A stretch of DNA of 64,000 bases from an uncultured Gemmatimonadales bacterium (GTDB lineage Bacteria > Gemmatimonadota > Gemmatimonadetes > Gemmatimonadales > Gemmatimonadaceae), in contig OY969695.1 in the NCBI GenBank assembly GCA_963701965.1, forward strand, positions 5,024,001 to 5,088,000, written 5' to 3'. The notes under the pieces are model-generated. The model did no database searches. It was not told the DNA's origin and was given only the letters and a program-made list of their open reading frames with translations. Positions 42,753 through 53,221 of the stretch are shown piece by piece. Position 1 is the first letter of the stretch. Every line of letters starts with the position of its first letter. The translations under genes were made by a program, and so were the position numbers.

Positions 42753-43220
42753 CTATGCCTGCTCGTGGGCTCGCTGAAAGACCGCGTACAGGTGATGCGC
42801 CTCGTGCACGAGAAAGAACTCGAACCAGAGCGCGAGGGACAGTGACCCGAACGCCGTGTGTATCGCTGGACGAGCGAGCTGGCTTGGAGACAACCCCATG
42901 GCCACGATGATCAGTTCCTCCCGGCGCTCGCGCATCCGGCTCACGATCTTTAGCACCGGCAGTTGGCACCACCCGTCGAACTCGGGGTCGTCATCGGCCC
43001 GGTAGCGCTCGAGCACCGGCGCCTCTTCCCGCAAAATGCGCTCGAGCCGATACAGAAAGAGCTCGTGGTAGCGCCCCAGGTGGGCCAGGTTCTGCCGCGC
43101 CGACCATTTGCCGGACGGCCGGTGGTCGAGCTGCGCCGCGTTCACGCCGTCCAGTATCGCGTCCAGGCTGTCGAGCTGCGTCGCCAGCCGCCGAATCCAA
43201 GAGGGCTGTTCGTCGATCAT
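42753..43220 (-). CDS. DinB family protein
   Basis: KWSARQNLAHL and HEAHHL motifs; start MIDEQP at 43220. Confidence 0.85.
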   Translation of the reverse strand: MIDEQPSWIRRLATQLDSLDAILDGVNAAQLDHRPSGKWSARQNLAHLGRYHELFLYRLERILREEAPVLERYRADDDPEFDGWCQLPVLKIVSRMRERREELIIVAMGLSPSQLARPAIHTAFGSLSLALWFEFFLVHEAHHLYAVFQRAHEQA

Positions 43221-43353
43221 CGCTCCCAATCGCGTGAGGGGTGATCCCTGATCCCGCCCGTACGCCCGGGACCTAGGGTACACGAGCGCCTGACGGCCGA
43301 CAACTCCATTAGTTTATCAGCCAGCCGTTGGGCTCGCTATAGCCTGGGCGCGC

Positions 43354-43397
43354 AGTGCCCCCGGGGTGACTCGAACACCCGGCCAACGGTTTAGGAA
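43354..43397. repeat. att direct repeat: 44-bp copy of the tRNA-Arg 3' half
   Basis: Identical to 46883-46926. Confidence 0.95.
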
Positions 43398-43869
43398 CGA
43401 GATGCCCTAGGGTACAGGAGCGCCCAGGAGCGGACAATCTTCCGTCGGAATGTCCACTCTTGGGCGCCTATGTCTTCTCGTGTCCTTTCGCGTTCGACGC
43501 GACAGGAGACGCGACAAATCATCGTTCCTCGGCGCTGCCTTCCCAGATCCTCCACTTTCCCAATTCAGCCAGACGGTCTCTCAACTCGGCGTAGCCCGTA
43601 CGACCTAGGTAGCGCGAGTAAACGTCGCGGTCAGGGCCCATCCGTCGACGAGCAGGTCGACGTGCTGCAGCAGCGTCTCCAGCCACGCGGTGAGCGCCTG
43701 ATGCTCAGCCGTGTCGGCGGAGACGACCAATCGAAACGCTCCAGGCGTCGAGGCCTATCGACGCCTGGGGTTCGCACTGGGTGGCTTTGACCTCACGCTC
43801 TACGCGGGCACACCGGCGCGCGACGAGTTCGCGCTCAAACTGTCGCGCGCAGGCCGGACGTAACCGTGT

Positions 43870-44937
43870 CTAGTTGGCCGGGAGATACGAGTCGATGAAC
43901 TTCCCCAGCGAATCGGCCGCCGGCGGATCGAGGTTCGCCAGGACGACAACGACGTAGCCACTCGCTGGGTAGATGGAAAGACGGCCGTTCTGTCCCGGCG
44001 CGCCGCCGCTGTGACCGATCCGGTGCGCGCCGCTCGGCAGCGTCAGATCGCCCAGGCCAAAGGCCCACTTCACTCCCGGGAGCGTCGTCTCGACTTTGCC
44101 GGTCATGGCTATGGTGGTATAGTGCGCATTGAGCAGGCGATTGGCAGTGAGCGCGGTCGCAAATCGGAAGAAGTCGCCGACGGTCGAATAACCGCCGCCG
44201 GCCGACGTGCCGCGATCGGGGAGCATGCCGGCGGCCGAGCTCAGCGGGCCGGTGGGCTGGGTTCCGGGGCCGCCTCGCGTGTACGGGACCGAGAGGCCCG
44301 GGACGTTCACTTCGTAATCGCCGGTCGCGTGCATGCCGGCGGGCGCAAAGATGTGATCCTGGACGTAGGCGTCGTAGCTTTGGCCGCTCACGACTTCGAT
44401 GACGCGGCCGAGGAGCATGTAACCGTAATTGCTGTACGCCCATTTGCTGCCGGGCGGGAAGTCGAGTCCGCGAGAGCCCAAGAGTGCGATGTAGTCGCGG
44501 ATATAGTGCAGGTCTTGCTGGTGGGCATCGAACTCTGGGCCGAAGATGTCGCCGGTGCCGCCAGTGTGGGTGAGGAGTTGGTAGATTGTGACCTTGGCGA
44601 CGTCGTGGTTCGGGTAGTCGGTCAGGTATTTCCCGAGCGGGTCGTCGAGGTTGATCTTGCCGGCTTGGACGAGTTGGGTGATGGCGATACCGGTGAACAT
44701 TTTCGCCATCGAGCCGAAGCGGAATTTCGTGTCGAGCGTGTTGGGTATTTCCTTTTCGCGATCAGCATAGCCGCACGCGGCTTGGAAGAGGGGTTTGCCG
44801 TCTTTGGCGATGAGGACGGCGCCCGAAAAGCTGCTGTCGGCGGCTCGGCGCGCGAGCTCCGTCTTGATCGCGGCGATCGGCGGCTGCCCGTTGGCGATGG
44901 TCGTCGCACAGGCGAAGAACAGGAGGAGCTGTCTCAT
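43870..44937 (-). CDS. Serine hydrolase (class C beta-lactamase/PBP family)
   Basis: SMAK (SxxK), LLTHTGG, YSN, HSGG; signal peptide MRQLLLFFACATTIANG. Confidence 0.92.
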   Translation of the reverse strand: MRQLLLFFACATTIANGQPPIAAIKTELARRAADSSFSGAVLIAKDGKPLFQAACGYADREKEIPNTLDTKFRFGSMAKMFTGIAITQLVQAGKINLDDPLGKYLTDYPNHDVAKVTIYQLLTHTGGTGDIFGPEFDAHQQDLHYIRDYIALLGSRGLDFPPGSKWAYSNYGYMLLGRVIEVVSGQSYDAYVQDHIFAPAGMHATGDYEVNVPGLSVPYTRGGPGTQPTGPLSSAAGMLPDRGTSAGGGYSTVGDFFRFATALTANRLLNAHYTTIAMTGKVETTLPGVKWAFGLGDLTLPSGAHRIGHSGGAPGQNGRLSIYPASGYVVVVLANLDPPAADSLGKFIDSYLPAN

Positions 44938-45125
44938 GCTTGATTGGAGGCGCGTGTGGCGCAGAGGGTTGTCGTCCTGAATGATCGAGCGCAGGACGGA
45001 AGACCTCTGGCAAACCATGCGCCAGGGCTCGCGACTTGTACAAGTGCTTGTCGTGTCACGGGTTGCCACTGCACCGCACCGACGTATGAGTTCAGTTCCG
45101 AGACAGGGAGTGCGATAACGGACAG

Positions 45126-45485
45126 TTAGCGGACATTCGCATAGCACTGCGCAGCCTCCGCGCGGCGCCGGTGCTCGCAGCGACGATCGTGGCGACGCTG
45201 GCGATCGCCATCGGTGGCAATACGCGCATCTTCTCCGTCGTCGACGGCGTGCTGCTAAAGCAGCTCCCTTTCGGCAATGCCGATCGGCTGGTGACGATCA
45301 CCGCTCGCCAGCCGGGCGGCGACCGGAGTGTGTCAGCGATGGATTTCACGGATTACCGCCGGCACATCTCGCTGCTCGACGGGTGGGCGGTGTGGCGGCG
45401 CCGGGACGTCGCGCTCACCGGATCGGGCGAGCCCGAGCGGATCGTGGAGGCGGAGGCTGGCCGGCGCGATCGTGCGGGTTGGTGA
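45126..45485 (+). pseudogene. N-terminal fragment of an ADOP/MacB-like ABC permease
   Basis: LADIRIALRSLRAAP...TLAIAIGGNTRIFSVVDGVLLKQLPFGNADRLV...DFTDYR...LTGSGEPERI; no start codon, truncated after ~110 aa. Confidence 0.8.
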
Positions 45486-45891
45486 CTGAAACAATTCCGC
45501 TGTTCTCGGTCGCCACACTGAAGACCGATCCGACTCCGGTCTCGAACATTCTCATCGGCGAGCGTGGCCAAGAACCGCTCGGCCTCAGGATGCAAGCATA
45601 CTTGTCTTGCCGGCGCGAGCGTTCCGATGCTTGCCGCTTCGAGCGCTCCTTCATGTCCTGCGAGTTGATGCGTGGCATTATCGTACCCTCAGTGTTGAAT
45701 TGTGCTTCAGGTGTGATGACAACGTACGGGGTGCAAGGCCGACGTCGACGTATTGTTTTGAGTGGCGTTTGACGACTCAATGCCACGCGCGGCAGCACCG
45801 TGTCGTAGACCTGCAACAAAGGCCTGTGGTGGTGGTGCGCGACTAGCGAAAGCCTGGCAACGCGACGATCACGTCGTTCCTGCCCGAGTTC

Positions 45892-46853
45892 ATGAAGCGG
45901 TGGACCAACGAGGGCGGCCGCGACGGTCGGCCGCGCTCTGAGCGCGAGATCGCCGAGCTTCAGGACGTGAAGTTGTACCGCGCCGAGCAGTTCTTCGAAG
46001 ACACGCCGCTCTCTAAGATCACGCGGGCACTCGTGATCGACTGGTCACACCGCCTGCTGTCGGATCCGGGGCCAACGCGTCGCGCAGTCGAGGCAGAAGA
46101 GACGGACCGACCCAAGGGCTTGTCGAAGCGCTCGGCCAAGCACCACGTCGCCGCGCTGCACAACCTGTTCGAGCACGCGATCGAAGCCGGCCTACTGCCC
46201 GAGGGGCACAACCCTGTCACCGGATCACGAAGCGCTTGCGGGTCGAGAAGCAGAAGCCGAAGTGGCTCACTCCAGCGGACGCGATTCGCTTCGTCAAGGC
46301 AGCGAAGGCCGAGGGCGCGGACTTCTACGCCCAGGTCATGACGATGTTCTTCACCGGCGCTCGGCTCGGCGAGGTGCTTGGGCTGCGCGTCGAAGACGTT
46401 CGCCTCGAGGAGAACGAGGTCCACGTGTACGCGAACGAGCACCGTCGCGTGAAGAACGCGTCGAGCGACCGCGCGACGCCACTGTGGCCGAGGTTGAAGG
46501 ACGTACTCGTGGAGTGGATCGGTGACCGCGACGACGGCTTGCTGTTCGCAGACGCCGAAGGTCACAAGCGGAAGTACATCCACCGGCAAGCGTGGGCGCG
46601 GGTGTGCAAGAAGACCGGCTTGAAGTTGAATCCGCACGGTGCACGGCACACGTACATCTCGCAGCGGCGGCAGTGCCTCGACGGCGGAAAGCCTGTGAGC
46701 GACAGCACTGTCGCCGAAGAGGTCGGGCACACGACGACCGACCAGATCGAGAAGACCTACGGTCACGTCGCGAAGGTGCGTGTGCGCGTCGAGGGGTTCG
46801 ATTATGAGACTACTTTGCGACAAGTCAGCACCGCCGGCGAGGCTGCTGACTGA
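45892..46853 (+). CDS. Tyrosine integrase, frameshifted near 46225 and probably N-terminally truncated
   Basis: FTGARLGE, K (RRVKN), HGARH, GH, KTY catalytic set in 46236-46853; core-binding part (SKITRALV, LHNLFEHAI, NPV) in 45892-. Confidence 0.85.
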
Positions 46854-46884
46854 TCTAAGCCGTTACTTCTCATCTGCTTAGAAG

Positions 46885-46958
46885 TGCCCCCGGGGTGACT
46901 CGAACACCCGGCCAACGGTTTAGGAAACCGCTGCTCTATCCACCTGAGCTACGGGGGC
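46885..46958 (-). tRNA. tRNA-Arg (CCT), CCA not encoded
   Basis: GCCCCCG acceptor stem, TAGCTCAGGTGGATAGAGC D-arm, GCGGT-TTCCTAA-ACCGT anticodon arm, GTTCGAGTC T-loop. Confidence 0.97.
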
Positions 46959-47004
46959 AAGATTCCGTGCAGTCGCAATTTACAGCCGTCCAACTACGGT
47001 TGCA

Positions 47005-47730
47005 TCACTGGACGCAGTCGCGCATGCCGGTGGTGTTGTCGTCGTAGCAGAGGCGACGCAGGGCGAATTGGTTGTCCCCGACGCGCGGGAGTTGCGCGTC
47101 GAAGGTGATGGTGAGACGCGTGCCGCCACGGAAGAAGGAGAAGCGTCCGCGCGCTTCGCAGCCGCCGTCACCGCAGTTCATGGTGTCGATGTGCGCGCTG
47201 CCCGGGTGATATTGATCCATAGCCCAGCCTTCGGACCACTGGATGAATTTGTCGTTGATGCGGGCTTCCGTGTCCGTCTGATCCGGGCCTGATTGGGCCG
47301 ACGGGCCCTGCGGCGTCGAGGCGACGTCACCGTCGTATACGAGCCCCACCCCCCGACATTGGTCGATCGTCTCGCGGACGTACTGCGGATCGTGCACCAT
47401 CTTCTTCAGTTCCAGCGTATCGGTGGGGCCGTGAGTCGGCACGATCAATCCGAGCTGCTCGGCCGTGCGGCGAGCGAACAGATAGGATTTCTCGGAGCCC
47501 AGTACGCGAAAGTGCTCCCGGCGCTCGTCGCCGGCATTTTTCGCGAAAATCTCCTCCACCTCGTTCGCGGCAGTGCAGACCATTGCGAGGCGATAGCCTT
47601 CCAACGTTTGAGGGGGCAGCAGCGAGTCCCACCTGAAGAACTCGCGTTCGGATGCGTTGGCGGCATCTTGAGCCCGCGCGACGCCGGCGAGTACGCACAA
47701 CGAGAGCAATGCAATGGCGGGTATTCTCAC
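47005..47730 (-). CDS. Exported hypothetical protein with Cys-containing C-terminal domain
   Basis: Signal peptide ...VARA|Q; coherent 241-aa ORF. Confidence 0.65.
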   Translation of the reverse strand: MRIPAIALLSLCVLAGVARAQDAANASEREFFRWDSLLPPQTLEGYRLAMVCTAANEVEEIFAKNAGDERREHFRVLGSEKSYLFARRTAEQLGLIVPTHGPTDTLELKKMVHDPQYVRETIDQCRGVGLVYDGDVASTPQGPSAQSGPDQTDTEARINDKFIQWSEGWAMDQYHPGSAHIDTMNCGDGGCEARGRFSFFRGGTRLTITFDAQLPRVGDNQFALRRLCYDDNTTGMRDCVQ

Positions 47731-47891
47731 GTGCCAAGGCTAGCCGTTTGGGCTCAACTAGACCGGCAGAGCTACGCGCACAACGTTGTCCCGCCGCCAC
47801 TTACGTGACGCCGTTGAACCAGTACAGCGCCTCAGGCCTGGCCACCGTCCACCCCGATGTTACGCCTTCCCAACTGGCGCGTCTCCCGGCT

Positions 47892-47922
47892 TGTTGAAAG
47901 CCTGTTGATAACTTGTGGACTT
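47892..47922 (-). promoter_or_regulatory. Three DnaA-box-like 9-mers phased at 11 bp
   Basis: TGTTGAAAG 47892, TGTTGATAA 47903, TGTGGACTT 47914. Confidence 0.5.
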
Positions 47923-48170
47923 CGAGCGGGGTGGCCTATGTGGTACGCGCCAGTGGGACGGTTCACGATGATGCACGACGACGCGACGATGATCATCCGG
48001 ACGAGCGACGGGACGGAATATGCGTTCGGCCGCGAGCCCGGCGAAACGGCGCCCGAATGGGAACATTCGGGCGCTGGCCACCGTCGAACGGTCCGTGCGC
48101 CGGCCGGCGGCGATCCCGATGCCCTGCCTCTGCGTGTCCTGGGGATAGCTGGGAACGGCACCGCGAGCGG

Positions 48171-48560
48171 TCAGCGCCGCTCGAACGTCCTGTCCTGCGA
48201 CAGCCCAGGGATCGCTAGCGTACCGTCGATCCGGGCGGCCGTGACGAATCGGCCGCTGAAGCCCGAGTCGACGGTGATGGTGTTGAAGAGGAGGAGGACC
48301 GTGCCGCCGGAGACAGTGCCGCGCACGGGGAACGTCGTGACGGCGCCGGCCGCGGAGTCGACACCGCTGCCGGTGACCGACTGATCGGGATGCGAGACCA
48401 GCATCAGCGTCATCCGGTCGGCGCCCATCGTGCTCGTCCACATGCCCGACAATGGATGCGTCGGCTCCGTCGGATTGGCACAGGCACCGGCGGCCGCAAC
48501 CGCGCCCATTGCCAGCACCGCCAACCCCAACCGCGCCGATCGTCCGAGGCGTCTCCGCAT
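48171..48560 (-). CDS. Small lipoprotein, hypothetical
   Basis: Lipobox AGAC; LSGMWT...VTGSG beta-rich domain. Confidence 0.6.
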   Translation of the reverse strand: MRRRLGRSARLGLAVLAMGAVAAAGACANPTEPTHPLSGMWTSTMGADRMTLMLVSHPDQSVTGSGVDSAAGAVTTFPVRGTVSGGTVLLLFNTITVDSGFSGRFVTAARIDGTLAIPGLSQDRTFERR

Positions 48561-48596
48561 ACTAGTACGTACGCCGCGAAGCTCACCTCCGTTCCA

Positions 48597-50406
48597 TTAC
48601 CAGTCCGGTTCGTGCGACGGCCGGGGCGGATTGCGTGTTTGCGGACCTTGCAGTTCCTGCCCGCTGACTTGAGCCCGTTCGATGGCGTCCAGCAATTGTC
48701 GCGCGTGCGTTTCGGTAATCTCGGGAACGGCGTCGCCACCGCCGCGCGGACCGAGCCCGCCGCCGGGCGTGGCCCCCGCCCCGGTCTGGGGCGTGCCCGC
48801 ATACCCGGACTTGGTGAGATTCCCCCCGCCCCAGTCGGCCGCATTGCGGTGCCGCGACATTGACGAGTGGTCGGTCGCGTCGTCCAGCCGCCGCAGCGCG
48901 ACTTCGAGATTCCACTTGGCGTCGATGTCGCCCGGGTCGCGCACCAGCGCCTCCTCGTACGACTCCACCGCGGCGCGCAGCGCCATCCGCTTGCTCGTGT
49001 GATCGATCGAGGCCCGCGCCTGCCAGATATACGTATTCCCGAGATTGTAGTACGCGCGCGCGGCCAGCCGCGCATCGGCGCCCAGCGCGGCGTGCAACGA
49101 CTGCGCGGCGGCGTCGAACCGGCCCAGCCGATATTGTGTGGTCCCCAGATCGTAACTCAGGAGCGGCACCGCGTTGCCCGTATGACGCACCACCGGTTGG
49201 CGGAGCAGCCCTTGAAACGCGTCGGCCGCCTCATGCCATTGCCGCACCGCGTACAACCGGGCCGCGCGCTGGCGCCCGATGACGAGCCCGATGCGCCCGG
49301 CGCCCGCGCGCGCGGCGACACCGGCGGCGAGCACGATCGCCGCGACGAGCACGAAGAACGCATCGCATCGCGCGGCGCACCACCCGTGCCGAGTCCGCGG
49401 GCGCCCCACGCCCGGCAGCGACGGCAGCAACCACGCGAGGAGCGCGGCGCCGAGCGGCCACTGATAGCGATCCGGCGCGACCGCGCGGGCGTGGCCGGCG
49501 ATCGCACGCGGCGGGAGTTGCGCGATCGACGCCACCACCGGCGCGACGCTCGCCGAGCCCGACCACCGCACCGCGACCCCGCCGGTGCGCCGGGCGATGT
49601 CCGACAGATTCGTCTCCATGAGCCGCGTGATGACCACGCGCCCCGCCCAATCGGTATGCGGTCGCACCTGCCCTGACGCATCGCGCTCGTCGATCGTGGT
49701 GCCCGCCGCCGTGCCCACGCCCACCGCGAACGTGCGGAGCCCGGCCGCCTGCAGCGTTCGGATCGAACCCTCGAGCTTCCCTTCGTTGTCCTCGCCGTCG
49801 GACAGGATCACCAGCGCCGTCGACGCCGGCGTCCCATCCTCGCGCGCGACCCGCGCCGCGACGCCCACCGCCGCCTCGATGTCCGTCGCCAAATCCGGCA
49901 CATTGCTCGGCGACGCCGCGTCCAGGAACTGCTCCCACGTCGCGCGGTCGGCGGTGGCCGGCAGTTGGCGGAATCCGCTGCCCGCGAACACGAGCAGGCC
50001 CACGCGGTCGTTGGGCAACGCCCGGGCGATCGCGCGCGCGGCGTCCTTGGCCGCCGCCAGAGCGCGACGGCGCGACATTGCCGGCCAGCATCGAGCGCGA
50101 GAGGTCGAGCAGGAAGAGGACGTCCGCCCCCTCGCGCGCCACGGCCCGCGGCGTGGCGCCGCGCGCATCCTGCGGCCGCGCCAGCGCCACGACGCCGAAC
50201 ACGAGGCCCGCGATACCGAGCGCCGAGCGCGTGAGGCGCTGGCGCCGGGTCGGCAGCGCCGAGATCGGCGCCAAGAGCCGCGACTCGCCAAACGTCGCCA
50301 ACGTCGTCCGCCACTGCCGCTCGCGCCGCACCGCGGCGGCCAGCGCCAGTGGCACTAGCGGCACCAGCAGCGCGAGCACCCATGGCGCGCCGAAGGAAAG
50401 GGTCAC
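48597..50406 (-). CDS. BatB/BatC-like VWA-TPR fusion, frameshift near 50061
   Basis: MIDAS DLSRSM in the upstream frame; DRVGLLVFAG, LSDGED, TPR AYYNLGN, DAKWNLE downstream; one extra base in PSR-LAAAK. Confidence 0.8.
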
Positions 50407-51401
50407 GGCACCCCCTTGAGCAGCGTGGCCCGCAGCGCCCACGCGCCAATGAACAGCACGCAGGCCGTGACGACGGGCACCCAGAACCATTCGTGGTACG
50501 TCAGAACCTGGCGCAGATGCAGATCGGTACGCTCCAGCCGGTCGATGTCCTCGATGGCGCCGCGCAGGCCGGCGTCATCCGTGGCCCGGTAGTAGCGCCC
50601 GCCGCTCGTCGTCGCGATGCGCTTGAGCAGCAACTCTTCGACACTGGTCAGCGACGATGGCGCTTCGCCCATGCTGGCCGGCGCGCCCATGGAGTCGACC
50701 GCCGCTTCGGTACCGTGCAACGTGTTGGCGCTGACCCCTACGGCATACACGCGGATGCCGAGCGCGCGGGCGATAGCGGCGGCGGTCAACGGATCGGGCA
50801 TGCCCGCGTTGTTGCCGCCGTCCGTCACCAGCACGATCACCCCCGCCCCGCGCGGCAGATCCTTGAGGTGCCGCTCGGCCATCGCCAGCGCCGTCCCGAT
50901 CGCCGTCCCGTCCGGCAAAAGCCCAATGTCGGCGCGCTCCAGCAGGGCGAGGATGACCGCGTCGTCCGGCGTCAACGGCGCCTGTGTGAAGGCCCGCCCG
51001 GCGAACAGCACGAGCCCCTGAAAGTCGTCCGGCCGCCGGCGCACGAAGTCGGCGAGCACGCGCTTGGCCGCGTCGAGCCGGTTGCCGGCGCGGGAACCGA
51101 GATCGCGGGCCTTCATGCTGCTCGAGATGTCGAGCGCGAACATCACGTTCCGGCCGTGCAACGTCGTCGTGCGCACGTCGCCATTGGTGCGGGGGCGCGC
51201 CAATCCGAGGACGAGGAGCGCCAGCGCCACCGTGCGCAGCCAGGACGGGAGCTGCGCCCAACGCGCGCGCCCGGTGGCACCGCGGCGTGCATCCACGGCC
51301 AAGAGCGGGAGCGCGAGCCAACCCGAGGGATGGCGGGCGCCGATCGCGTCCCCGAGGACGAGGAGGAGCAGCAGCAGGGCGATCGGGTCAGCGAGATGCA
51401 T
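50403..51401 (-). CDS. BatA-like VWA domain protein
   Basis: LARP, LDISSSM, PLTPD, DGTAIG, TDGGNNAG, GGRYYRATD. Confidence 0.88.
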   Translation of the reverse strand: MHLADPIALLLLLLVLGDAIGARHPSGWLALPLLAVDARRGATGRARWAQLPSWLRTVALALLVLGLARPRTNGDVRTTTLHGRNVMFALDISSSMKARDLGSRAGNRLDAAKRVLADFVRRRPDDFQGLVLFAGRAFTQAPLTPDDAVILALLERADIGLLPDGTAIGTALAMAERHLKDLPRGAGVIVLVTDGGNNAGMPDPLTAAAIARALGIRVYAVGVSANTLHGTEAAVDSMGAPASMGEAPSSLTSVEELLLKRIATTSGGRYYRATDDAGLRGAIEDIDRLERTDLHLRQVLTYHEWFWVPVVTACVLFIGAWALRATLLKGVP

Positions 51402-52338
51402 GGAAGTCCCGCCAGGCCGCCAGGACGGCGCGCGCCTGCCCCGTGTAGGCGCCGGCCGCCTCGGCACTGGGACGTACTCCGGCAAATTTCACGCGATCGG
51501 CGTCGCCGAGGAACGACCGGAGGGCCGCGCCGCCGCCGTTGTTCGCTATGGCGTCGGGCATCGCCCGCAGAATCTCCGGCGTCGTGCGCTCGAGCGCCGG
51601 AATGGCATGGGCCGACTCCAGATACCCGCGGACCACGTCGGCCACCTGGGCGTAGAGGCGATCGATGGATCCTCGCGACCATCCCGCGCGCTCGATGTCG
51701 GCGAGCCGGTCCAGCGCCACGTCGTACGCCGAGAGCGGCCGGGTGGCGGCCTCCACGGCGGCGGCCGCTATCAACGCGCGCCGGCGCGCCGCCCGCCCCA
51801 GACGCCAGACGAGCGCGCTGCCCGCGAGCACGACGACCGCAACGGCGAACACGGCCACGGTGGCCGGCGTCAGCCACGGCCGGTCGACGTCGCGCACGTC
51901 GCGCAGCGTGGCGTTCCCGACCGGCAGCACCGGATGAATCAGGAGCGGGAGCGGCGCGCTGGTCGCGGTGTCGGCCCCGGCCGCCGTCCGATAGGCGATA
52001 GCGAACGCGGGCACGGTCTGCGAGTCCGGCCGAAAGAACGCGACCCGCACCCGTCCCACGACGACGCCACCGTCGATGCGCAGGCTGTCCACCGACAGGA
52101 CGCGGACGCCGTCCGGAAGGGTGTCCCGCATGCGGGGGACCCGATCGATCAGGACGGCGCCGCGCGGCAGCGCGCCGGTGATTCGCACGTCTATGGGATC
52201 GCCGACCGTGCGCGGCGCGGCGGTCACCTGCGCGCGGAGCGTGACCGGGCCGCCGCTCACGTCTATCGGATCGCCGACCGTGCGCGGCGCAGCGGTGACC
52301 TGGGCGCGGAGCGTGACCCCGCCGCCGGTCTGGATCAC
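51388..52338 (-). CDS. Bat-cluster membrane protein (DUF4381/BatD-like)
   Basis: VGDPI, TM helix, ALERTTPE, ADRVKFA; in a moxR-DUF58-batA operon. Confidence 0.7.
   Translation of the reverse strand: MIQTGGGVTLRAQVTAAPRTVGDPIDVSGGPVTLRAQVTAAPRTVGDPIDVRITGALPRGAVLIDRVPRMRDTLPDGVRVLSVDSLRIDGGVVVGRVRVAFFRPDSQTVPAFAIAYRTAAGADTATSAPLPLLIHPVLPVGNATLRDVRDVDRPWLTPATVAVFAVAVVVLAGSALVWRLGRAARRRALIAAAAVEAATRPLSAYDVALDRLADIERAGWSRGSIDRLYAQVADVVRGYLESAHAIPALERTTPEILRAMPDAIANNGGGAALRSFLGDADRVKFAGVRPSAEAAGAYTGQARAVLAAWRDFHASR
52186..52329 (-). repeat. 72-bp in-frame tandem duplication (GG-x-VTLRAQVTAAPRTVGDPIDV x2)
   Basis: Copies begin at 52186 and 52258; the shared 20 codons differ only at synonymous positions. 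Confidence 0.9.
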
Positions 52339-52339
52339 G

Positions 52340-53221
52340 TCAGTGCAACTGCCGCCGCTCGCGGCGCCGAAAGAACGCCACGAGCGGCCCGACGTAGCCG
52401 CGCCCGGTCTCCAGCCGGATGAGATCGACGCCGCGGCGTTGGAGTGTCTGCCGCACCTGGGCGTCGAACCGCGCGCCGCGGGCGGCGTACTCGGCGCGCA
52501 CGGCAGCGCTCCCCGTGTCCAGCGTCTGCCACCGCCCCGACTCCGGATCGCGCACGGTCACCAATCCCACCGCGGGCAACTCGCGCTCCCGCGGATCGAC
52601 GAGCTGCACGGCGATTGTGTCGTGGCGCCGCGCCGCGATGGCCAGCTCCCGGCGCACACCGTCCGCGGGCGCCATCCAGTCGGAGACGAGGAACAGCACG
52701 GCGCGGCGATGCAGCACGCGATTGACGTAGGCCAGCGCGGCGGCCAGATCGGTGCCGCGCCCCGTGGGCCGGAACGCGACCAGCTCGCGTAACACGCGGC
52801 GCACGTGGCGCCGCCCTTTGGCCGGCGCCACGTACTGTTCCACGCGGTCGGTGAAGAACGCCGCGCCCACGCGGTCGTTGTTCCGCGCCGCGGCCAGGGC
52901 CAGCACGGCGCACACCTCGGCGCCGAGCCGGTCCTTGGGGCGAAGACGACTGCCGAACGCCGCCGACGCGCTGCGGTCGATGAGCAGCAGCACCGTGAGC
53001 TCGCGCTCTTCGACGTACCGCCGCACGTAGGCCGACGATGAGCGCGCCGTCACCGTCCAGTCGATGGTGCGGACATCGTCCCCGAATTGGTATTCGCGGA
53101 CATCGGCGAACTCGACGCCCCGCCCTTTGAAGACACTGCCGTACTGACCGGCCAGGACATTGCGCACGAGCCGGCGACTGCCCAGCTCCAATCGGCGCAC
53201 GTCCTCGCCCACGTCGGTCAT
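52340..53221 (-). CDS. DUF58 domain protein
   Basis: GRGVEFADVREYQFGDDVRTIDW, EERELTV, DRSAS. Confidence 0.92.
   Translation of the reverse strand: MTDVGEDVRRLELGSRRLVRNVLAGQYGSVFKGRGVEFADVREYQFGDDVRTIDWTVTARSSSAYVRRYVEERELTVLLLIDRSASAAFGSRLRPKDRLGAEVCAVLALAAARNNDRVGAAFFTDRVEQYVAPAKGRRHVRRVLRELVAFRPTGRGTDLAAALAYVNRVLHRRAVLFLVSDWMAPADGVRRELAIAARRHDTIAVQLVDPRERELPAVGLVTVRDPESGRWQTLDTGSAAVRAEYAARGARFDAQVRQTLQRRGVDLIRLETGRGYVGPLVAFFRRRERRQLH

Larger units (their letters stand above)
43354..46926. mobile_element. ~3.5-kb decayed integrative element in tRNA-Arg(CCT)
   Basis: 44-bp flanking direct repeats, tyrosine integrase next to the tRNA, visibly lower GC, gene fragments. Confidence 0.9.

Noticed and set aside
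43870..44937. Bona fide antibiotic-resistance beta-lactamase
   Set aside because: The motifs are shared by the broad serine hydrolase family (HSG rather than KTG); activity cannot be inferred
45415..45819. Minus-strand ORFs inside the island (MPRINSQDMK.../MHPEAERF...)
   Set aside because: Possibly a broken gene remnant, but no family is recognisable
47857..48384. + strand 175-aa ORF
   Set aside because: No recognisable motifs and it overlaps a more credible minus-strand lipoprotein; a short real gene from about 47968 cannot be excluded
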